Assembly (NCBI GenBank): GCA_029932915.1
Contig: JAOZPE010000006.1
Span: 6,384 to 70,383, forward strand
Reading direction: 5' to 3'
From: Candidatus Krumholzibacteriia bacterium
Lineage (GTDB): Bacteria; Krumholzibacteriota; Krumholzibacteriia; JAJRXK01
DNA length: 64,000 nt
This document shows positions 47,519-54,302 of the stretch, piece after piece (position 1 is the stretch's first letter; each line of letters starts with the position of its first letter). The position numbers were made by a program, and so were the translations under genes. The notes under the pieces are model-generated. The model was not told where the DNA came from and did not search any database. It worked only from the letters and a program-made list of their open reading frames with translations.

Positions 47519-48150
47519 ATGAAAGCGAGAATCCTGAACCCCTTCCTTCCTTCCTTCCTTCCTTTGCCCAGCTGATCATCCTTGTAGGACTTTCCATAGT
47601 TCCGAGTCTTTCTGTGGCAAGCTGTACCACCTGTACAGCACGGGATGGACACGTCTACTGTACTGGTGGTTGCCAGGCGGAATTGTGCCAAACTACTGGC
47701 AACTCCTGCTTGTTTTCTGGATCAAGGGATTGTTGTGGTGGGGGCTGCTTCTTGGCCACTACGCGTATTCTCACTGCCAGAGGACTGATTCCGATTTTCG
47801 CGCTTCGCGAAGGTGACACGGTTCTTACACAAGATGAAGCAGGAATGTTGGTTGAGGCAAGAGTAACCCGCACATACAAATCCGTATCATTTGACGGATA
47901 CTACCGGATCAACGGCGACCTAGGTGTTACGGGAGAGCATCCATTCAAGGTGGGTGGGCGGTGGGTTCCGGCAAAGGATCTTCGAATCGGGGATGTGCTC
48001 ACTGCGTCAGATGGATCATCGGTGAGAATCAAATCTCTCATCAAGATCAACAAGGCGGTTCGGGTATATAACATCGACACCTCTGGGCCGAATACGTTCT
48101 GTGCTGGTGGCTTATTGGTTCATAACAAGGACGGACAGGTTCAGGGATGA
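47519..48150 (+). CDS. Frameshifted (putatively phase-variable) secreted Cys-rich peptide-Hint fusion
   Basis: As written, ATG 47519 stops at 47575 after 18 aa. With 4 or 7 CCTT units it reads MKARILNPFLPSF(LPSF)AQLIILVGLSIVPSLSVA-SCTTC...DCCGGG-CFLATT...VYNIDTSGPNTFCAGGLLVHN-KDGQVQG. Hint domain 47746-48126. Confidence 0.82.
47541..47564 (+). repeat. (CCTT)6 simple sequence repeat inside a signal-peptide coding region
   Basis: Six perfect CCTT units, 22 nt downstream of ATG 47519 (RBS AGGAAG). Confidence 0.92.
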
Positions 48151-48180
48151 TGAGCAAGAGCTTAGTCATCTCGTGAGCAG

Positions 48181-49233
48181 TTGGTAGACTTGGGTCTAAC
48201 GTCTGAAAGGAGTTGGCCATTGCGAGGCGTATCCATCACATGTCTGGCATTCATGTTGCTTTGGGCTATCCCGTCCGAAAGACCAGCGTTGGCATCGAGC
48301 TTCCCATCCATCGTGCTTGAGGAAGACATGGTGCTTGGCGATGAGGTTCGTGAGATGATAGGCGTCGTCTCAGGAGTTGTCGAAGATTCCAAACATTTCA
48401 TCTATATTGCCGACCTGGGCTTTCAACAGATCCAGAAGTATTCCCCAGAAGGTGAACTTGTCGATGTCTTCGGATCAGTTGGAGAGGGCCCAGGTGAGCT
48501 GATGTTTCCGTTCAGCATGACCATCAGTGGTCGTGATGAGCTGTATTTTGCTGGTCCAGGTGGTCGTGTGACCATCTGGACCACTGAGGGAGATTTTGTC
48601 AGGGAATTTCGCCGCCTTCATCCTGACGGAGACGCCAAGTCGATCCGCGTGGCAAGAGATGGAAAGATTTTCATTGCTGTTCTGGACATTTTGGAACAGA
48701 CGGTGATCGATGTGTATTCTTCGACGGGAGAGTACATCAACTCATTCGGGCATTCCTATGCTGTTGGTCGGGATGTTGATGCGCGAACGGAATCCTTCGT
48801 TGGAGGGGGCAGTTTGGATCTCATGTACAATGGGATGGTTGCATACACGCAGCAAGCTCCCTACCAAGTGGTTATCTTCAAGCCTACTGGAGAAAAGGTC
48901 TTCGAAAGCGTCGAAGGTGGCGAGGGTTTCGTTGAACTGCCTCCGGAGCCGGAGTATGGGAAGAAAACTTTCAGGATGGGTTTGACAAGCTCATCAGTGG
49001 AGATCACGTGTCTTGGCAATCGTTTGCTCAACTGCGCAATCCGTGGGATACAGGAACAGGAGAACAGAGAGACCCTATTGACACTCTATGATGATCACTT
49101 GAAGCTGTTGGCCCGCACGGTGTTGAAAGGTTTCAAGATTGTGGTTGGGAAGGATGCAGAGGGAAGAGTGTTCATCTTCTCGGAAGATGGTGACGTTCCA
49201 CAGGTGCGAAGAGCACGTTTGAGCGTGCAATAA
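48181..49233 (+). CDS. 6-bladed beta-propeller (NHL/TolB-like) exported protein
   Basis: Hydrophobic N-terminus; IYIADLGFQQIQKYSPEGELVDVFGSVGEGPGE; further ..G.F...F blade repeats. Start 48181 (TTG) or 48253 (ATG). Confidence 0.85.
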   Translation: MVDLGLTSERSWPLRGVSITCLAFMLLWAIPSERPALASSFPSIVLEEDMVLGDEVREMIGVVSGVVEDSKHFIYIADLGFQQIQKYSPEGELVDVFGSVGEGPGELMFPFSMTISGRDELYFAGPGGRVTIWTTEGDFVREFRRLHPDGDAKSIRVARDGKIFIAVLDILEQTVIDVYSSTGEYINSFGHSYAVGRDVDARTESFVGGGSLDLMYNGMVAYTQQAPYQVVIFKPTGEKVFESVEGGEGFVELPPEPEYGKKTFRMGLTSSSVEITCLGNRLLNCAIRGIQEQENRETLLTLYDDHLKLLARTVLKGFKIVVGKDAEGRVFIFSEDGDVPQVRRARLSVQ

Positions 49234-49339
49234 TTTGTGACCCCAGTGACCCGTCTGGCATCCTACGGCGGTCAATCGCCCCATTCATACATCACCATGG
49301 CATGGCGCCACTGCACAGCAAGCCAGCTAGCGTTTCACC

Positions 49340-50335
49340 TCAATACCGCGGCCGCGGAGCCGGCTTGTTCTGCAGGATGTCCTCGATGCGCTCCATCACC
49401 TCGTCATCGAGGCGATCGACCACCTCCAGCGCCTGGAGGTTCTCGTGCAACTGCTCGACCTTCGAGACGCCGAGGATCACCGTGCTCACCCGGGGGTTCT
49501 TCAGGCACCAGGCCAGGGCCAACTGCGACAGGCTCACGCCCAGATCCTCGGCCACCGGTTCCAGCGCGGCGGCGGTGGCGATCTTCCGACGGCCTTCGTC
49601 CGAGAGAATCTGCTTCTTCAGCCACTCGTAGTCGGGGAGGGTCATCCGCGAGCCCTCCGGAATACCGTTCTTGTACTTGCCGGTGAGGATGCCCGAGGCC
49701 AGCGGCGACCAGATGGTCGTTCCCAGTCCGACCGTCTCGTACAGATGGCGGTACTCAGCCTCGACGCGCTCGCGGTGCAACATGTTGTACTGGGGTTGTT
49801 CCATCACCGGCGGGGTGAGGCCCCACTCACGGGCCACCTTGTGCGCCTCCATGATCTCCACCGCGCTCCACTCGCTCGTCCCCCAGTAGAGCACCTTGCC
49901 CTGACGCACCAGGGTGTCCATGGCCCGGACGGTCTCCTCGATCGGGGTATCCGGGTCGGGGCGGTGGCAGAAGAAGAGGTCGAGGTAGTCCACCTGCAGG
50001 CGCCGCAACGCCGCGTGGCAGGCGTCGTGCAGGTGCTTGGCCGACAGTCCCTTCTGGGTCGGTCGGTCGCCGCCCCAGAAGGCCTTGGACGAGACGCAGT
50101 AGCTGTCGCGGGGCCAGCCCAGCTCCTTCAGGGCCCGGCCCATGATCTCCTCCGAGCGTCCCTCGGCGTAGACCTCGGCGTTGTCGAAGAAGTTCACTCC
50201 GGCTTCGTAGGCCTCCTGCATGCACTGCAGGGCCCGGCGGTCGTCGAGCTGGTAGTGGAAGGTCACCCATGAACCCAGCGAGAAGGCCGACAGTTTCAGC
50301 CCGCTTCGGCCCAGGCGGCGGTAGGGCATGTCCAT
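49340..50335 (-). CDS. Aldo/keto reductase (Kv-beta-like)
   Basis: YRRLGRSGLKLS.FSLGSW, FFDNAEVY, VSSKAFW, LRRLQVDYLDLFFCHRPD, YWGTSEW, EQPQYN, WSPLASGILTGKY. Confidence 0.92.
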   Translation of the reverse strand: MDMPYRRLGRSGLKLSAFSLGSWVTFHYQLDDRRALQCMQEAYEAGVNFFDNAEVYAEGRSEEIMGRALKELGWPRDSYCVSSKAFWGGDRPTQKGLSAKHLHDACHAALRRLQVDYLDLFFCHRPDPDTPIEETVRAMDTLVRQGKVLYWGTSEWSAVEIMEAHKVAREWGLTPPVMEQPQYNMLHRERVEAEYRHLYETVGLGTTIWSPLASGILTGKYKNGIPEGSRMTLPDYEWLKKQILSDEGRRKIATAAALEPVAEDLGVSLSQLALAWCLKNPRVSTVILGVSKVEQLHENLQALEVVDRLDDEVMERIEDILQNKPAPRPRY

Positions 50336-50420
50336 GTCCACACTCCGTGCAAGCGGGGGGAATCACAGGGAAATCGGCTCCACGGGGGGCTTTCCGCGGC
50401 CCCCGCCGGCCACAGCCTCA

Positions 50421-50450
50421 TTGAAGAGCGCGTCCGGAAAGGAGTATAAT
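50421..50450 (+). promoter_or_regulatory. sigma70-type promoter for the large secreted propeller gene
   Basis: TTGAAG-N18-TATAAT, about 110 nt upstream of ATG 50563. Confidence 0.55.
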
Positions 50451-50562
50451 CCAGCCTGAAGCCGGTGGACATCCCTGAACTCTCGCCCGGTTTCCCGTCT
50501 CCGACGCGCTGTGGACGCGCCGAGATGGACCCTTGCTCCCAACACCCAAGGAAAGCGGCACC

Positions 50563-53500
50563 ATGCGATCGAACGGACGCCTCACGGGCCTGATCTGGTT
50601 GGCCCTCTTCTCCCTCGTTCTCCTTGCCCTGCCCCGCGCCGGATCCCTCCTGCATCCGGGCGTGGCCGAGTTGCGTGACCATGACGTGGAAGGATCGACC
50701 AAGGCCTTCGAGCCCGATGCCAGGTTCGAGGACCGGGATGCCCGGGAGGAAGAGGAGGCCGGGCAGGATGAGCCCGACGTCTTCGCCCGGATCCTCTATG
50801 ACATGAAGGTTCCCGCGGACCGGACGGCTCCGGAGTACCGTCCCGGCTACCAGCAGATCGAACTCTCCAAGGCCCGCGTCATCTCGACGAAGGCGGGAAC
50901 TCCGCTGAACTGGGTCGAGCGGGGACCGGGCAACGTGGCCGGCCGTGCGCGTGGACTGGTGGTCGATGTCTCCGACCCCACCGGCAACACGTGGTTCGTC
51001 GGTTCGGTCGGCGGCGGCATCTGGAAGACCTCCGATGCCGGCGCGACGTGGACGCGGGTGACCACGGATCCACAGAGCTACGCCACCTCGACCATCGTCC
51101 AGTGCAAGAACCATCCGGACGTGTTCTACGCGGGCACTGGTGAGAGCTTCTTCAACATCGACACGATGAACGGCAACGGCATGCTCAAGTCGGTCGATCA
51201 CGGTCTGAGCTGGACGCCGCTGGCCAGCACCCTGGACGATCCGCGCTTCAACAACATCGCCCGCATCCTCGTCGATCCCGACGATCCCGATGTGGTCATC
51301 GTCGCGGCCAACGTCGGGCGCTACAAGTTGGAGCTGGAGGACACCACCAACATCTTCAAGTCGACCGACGGGGGGGTGACCTGGACCGCGGCCTTCACCA
51401 GCAACGAGGCCGGAGGCTGGGGCCGTCCCAAGAAGGTGCAGGATCTCAAGGCCAACCCGCAGAACTTCAACACCTTGTACGCGGGCATGCAGGAGAAGGG
51501 CGTGCTCAAGTCGACCGATGCCGGGAGCACCTGGGTCGTGAGCAGCAACGGTATCACCGACCTTCCCGGCCGTTTCGAGATCGCCGTGTCGCCGGTCGAC
51601 ACCAACCGTATCTACGCTGCCGCCGAAGGCTCGTCGGGCGCCTCGAATCTGTGGGTCTCCACCGACGGCGGTGCCAACTGGGTGAAGACCACCGAGGCCA
51701 CCGGCAGCGAGCCCAACTGGCTAGGGGCGCAGGGCTGGTACGACAACACCATCGTGTGCCATCCAACCGACGTGGATATCGTCTACGTGGGTGGCATCCA
51801 GCTCTGGAAGATCACCATGGTATCAGCCAGCACGCGCGAGAGCGTGAAGCTGAACCAGCCCAACGTGCACGTGGACCATCACAACCTCGTCGTCCTGCCC
51901 GGAGACGGAGGGACGCCGTGGCGTCTGCTCAACGCCAACGACGGCGGCATCGCCTATTCGACGGATATGGACGACGGATGGCAGATGCCCATCCTGGGGC
52001 TGAACACCACCCAGTTCTACGGGGTGGACAAGAAGCCGGGTAGCAGCGCCTACATCGGAGGCATGCAGGACAACTCGACCTGGCGTTCCCCCGACGATCC
52101 GGACGAGTTGACCCCGTGGGTGTTCCAGATCGGCGGCGACGGCTACGAGACCTCCTGGCACTTCAACGACCCGATGCTCATCATCGGCGGCTATCAGTAC
52201 AACGGCCTGTTGCGCTCGACCGACAAGGGCGAGACCTGGGACTCGGCCACCAACGGCCTGGCCGACGTCGGCAGCAGCGCGGCGCCGTTCATCACCAAGA
52301 TCGGAAAGACCAACCTTGCCCCCGACCTGCTGTTTGCGGTCGGGAAGTCCGGCGTATGGCGCAGCGACAACTTCGGAGCGAGCTGGAGCCTGGCCAACAT
52401 GAACCCCAGCGGCAGCTGGTACTTCTCCTCGTTCATGGACGTGCGGGTCTCCCGGGCCGATCCGGACATCGTGTGGGCCGGCGCGCGCATGGACGCCAAC
52501 GGTTCCATCTTCGTGTCCACCGACGGCGGTCTGAACTTCAACGCCGTTCCCGACTACACGACGGTCACCATGGGTGGCATCAGCGGGATGGCCACCCACC
52601 CCACCGATTCGGACATCGCCTACGTGCTCTTCTCCTTCGCCGACCGGCCGAAGATCCTGCGCACCACCGATCGTGGGCAACACTGGGAGGACATCACTGG
52701 CTTCGCGGGCGGCGGCCCGTCGACCAACGGCTTCCCCGACGTGGCGGTGTACGATCTTCTGGTGATGCCGCATGACCCGAACATCCTGTGGGCGGGTACG
52801 GAGATCGGCCTCTTCGAGTCGACCGACAACGGAGCCTCGTGGCACCTGGCCGACAACGGTCTGCCCAACGTGGGGATCTGGATGATGACCCACGTCGAGG
52901 ACGAGGTGGTCATCGCCACCCACGGTCTGGGGATCTGGACGGTGAGGATTCCCGAGATGATCGTCGGGGAGACCTTCACCCCGCTCATCGAGGCGCTCTA
53001 CCAGAGCCCGGCCGGCGAGCTGAACATCGAGACCACCCTGCGCAGTGCCTACGACTCGACCCGGGTGATGATGAATGGAGCGGTGGCGGAGGTCCTGCCC
53101 GCCAATACGGCGGGGGACACGCCTCTCGTCCAGCTCCCGGTGCTGTTCAACGGGACGGCCGAGATCCAGCTCGTCGGTTACGTCGGCGGCAGCACCTACG
53201 AGTCACCGCTGAAGAGCGTCGAGGTGATCCAGATCAGCGAGCCGGTCTTCAGCTACCAGAGTGACTTCAACGGTGGCAACGGCGACTTCACCGGAGACGG
53301 GTTCTCCGTCCGTCTCGAGCCGGGCTTCGATGACGAGGCCATCCACAGCCAGCACAACTATCCGGACAACTCCAGCCCCACCTACACCCTGACCAAACCC
53401 ATCCGGGTGGCCAAGGCAGATGCCATGGTGGAGTTCGACGAGGTGGTGATCGTCGAGCCTGGCGATGCGGGGACCGTCTTCGGTGACTTCGGGTTCTGGG

Positions 53501-54072
53501 ACTACGTGATCACCGAGGGAACCAAGGACGGCACCCACTGGGTGCCCCTGCTCGACGGCTACGACTGCCGCGATGACAACGCGTGGCTCGTCGCCTACAA
53601 CAACGGCGATGCCGGCGACGCTTCCCTGTATCGCCACCGCAGCTTCGATCTGCTGGACACCTTCGATTGGGGCGACACCATCCTCGTGCGCTTCCGCCTG
53701 TACGCCGATCAGTCGGTGAACGCCTGGGGTTGGGCCATCGACAACCTGTCGATCCAGGTGGGGAGCCCGACCTCGGTCGGGGACGCTCCGCAGCGGATCT
53801 TCGCTCTGGATCAGAACTACCCGAATCCCTTCAATCCCAGCACCACGATCGCCTACAGTCTGCCCGCGCGCAGCAAGGTGAGCCTGTGCATCTACGACCA
53901 GAAGGGGCGTCTGGTGCGTACCCTGGTCGATGAGGAGCAGCCCGCCGGCGCGAGGGCCGTGGTATGGGACGGACGAGCGGGCAACGGAGTGCCCGTGGCC
54001 AGCGGCGTGTACTTCTATCGTCTGAAGGCGGGCGATCTCGTCCAGCAGAAGAAGATGACGCTGGTGAAGTAG
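50563..54072 (+). CDS. Large secreted BNR/Asp-box (VPS10/sortilin-like) beta-propeller protein with C-terminal FlgD Ig-like domain
   Basis: WVERGPGNVAGR; many S/TxDxGxTW Asp-boxes (TSDAGATW, SVDHGLSW, STDGGVTW, STDAGSTW, STDKGETW, SDNFGASW, TTDRGQHW, STDNGASW); C-terminus QNYPNPFNP...VWDGR...VASGVYFYRL...KKMTLVK. Confidence 0.88.
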   Translation: MRSNGRLTGLIWLALFSLVLLALPRAGSLLHPGVAELRDHDVEGSTKAFEPDARFEDRDAREEEEAGQDEPDVFARILYDMKVPADRTAPEYRPGYQQIELSKARVISTKAGTPLNWVERGPGNVAGRARGLVVDVSDPTGNTWFVGSVGGGIWKTSDAGATWTRVTTDPQSYATSTIVQCKNHPDVFYAGTGESFFNIDTMNGNGMLKSVDHGLSWTPLASTLDDPRFNNIARILVDPDDPDVVIVAANVGRYKLELEDTTNIFKSTDGGVTWTAAFTSNEAGGWGRPKKVQDLKANPQNFNTLYAGMQEKGVLKSTDAGSTWVVSSNGITDLPGRFEIAVSPVDTNRIYAAAEGSSGASNLWVSTDGGANWVKTTEATGSEPNWLGAQGWYDNTIVCHPTDVDIVYVGGIQLWKITMVSASTRESVKLNQPNVHVDHHNLVVLPGDGGTPWRLLNANDGGIAYSTDMDDGWQMPILGLNTTQFYGVDKKPGSSAYIGGMQDNSTWRSPDDPDELTPWVFQIGGDGYETSWHFNDPMLIIGGYQYNGLLRSTDKGETWDSATNGLADVGSSAAPFITKIGKTNLAPDLLFAVGKSGVWRSDNFGASWSLANMNPSGSWYFSSFMDVRVSRADPDIVWAGARMDANGSIFVSTDGGLNFNAVPDYTTVTMGGISGMATHPTDSDIAYVLFSFADRPKILRTTDRGQHWEDITGFAGGGPSTNGFPDVAVYDLLVMPHDPNILWAGTEIGLFESTDNGASWHLADNGLPNVGIWMMTHVEDEVVIATHGLGIWTVRIPEMIVGETFTPLIEALYQSPAGELNIETTLRSAYDSTRVMMNGAVAEVLPANTAGDTPLVQLPVLFNGTAEIQLVGYVGGSTYESPLKSVEVIQISEPVFSYQSDFNGGNGDFTGDGFSVRLEPGFDDEAIHSQHNYPDNSSPTYTLTKPIRVAKADAMVEFDEVVIVEPGDAGTVFGDFGFWDYVITEGTKDGTHWVPLLDGYDCRDDNAWLVAYNNGDAGDASLYRHRSFDLLDTFDWGDTILVRFRLYADQSVNAWGWAIDNLSIQVGSPTSVGDAPQRIFALDQNYPNPFNPSTTIAYSLPARSKVSLCIYDQKGRLVRTLVDEEQPAGARAVVWDGRAGNGVPVASGVYFYRLKAGDLVQQKKMTLVK

Positions 54073-54121
54073 TCTGCAGGTGCTGAACTCGCGGGATGTC
54101 CACACATCCCGGGGTGTCCCA

Positions 54122-54162
54122 GGCCCGGCCGTCCGGTGGTGGAAACCGAGGGCGGCCGGGCC
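54122..54162 (+). terminator. Hairpin terminator after the propeller gene
   Basis: GGCCCGGCCGTCC...GGGCGGCCGGGCC followed by TCTT. Confidence 0.6.
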
Positions 54163-54220
54163 TCTTCATGCCTGCCGCGGCCTTCATGGGCGATGAGGGG
54201 GTTCTCCGTGCCACGCCGGC

Positions 54221-54300
54221 GTCACCGGCGACGGCGATCATCGACAACGGCGGTCATCAACGACGGTGGTCACCGGCGATGGCGGTCATCGGCGGCGGCC
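54221..54300. repeat. 16-bp degenerate tandem repeat x5, intergenic
   Basis: Units at 54221, 54237, 54253, 54269, 54285: GTCACCGGCGACGGCG / ATCATCGACAACGGCG / GTCATCAACGACGGTG / GTCACCGGCGATGGCG / GTCATCGGCGGCGGCC. Confidence 0.8.
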
Positions 54301-54302
54301 GT

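Larger units (their letters stand above)
47303..49335. mobile_element. Lower-GC horizontally acquired islet (no mobility gene)
   Basis: Sampled lines are about 40-60% GC versus about 65-70% in the flanks, with abundant A/T-ending codons. Lies between convergent SDR and AKR genes. No integrase or clear target duplication seen. Confidence 0.7.

Noticed and set aside
47185-47691. 168-aa minus-strand ORF across the islet's left end
   Set aside because: Antisense to the peptide gene and SDR end, with no motifs or RBS.
47746-48126. A mobile intein in a host gene
   Set aside because: No homing endonuclease, no C-extein nucleophile (Lys at +1) and only a 7-aa C-extein; better read as a BIL/Hint autoprocessing domain.
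54221-54300. CRISPR array
   Set aside because: Units are contiguous 16-mers with no unique spacers, and there are no cas genes. No CRISPR array was seen anywhere in the window.
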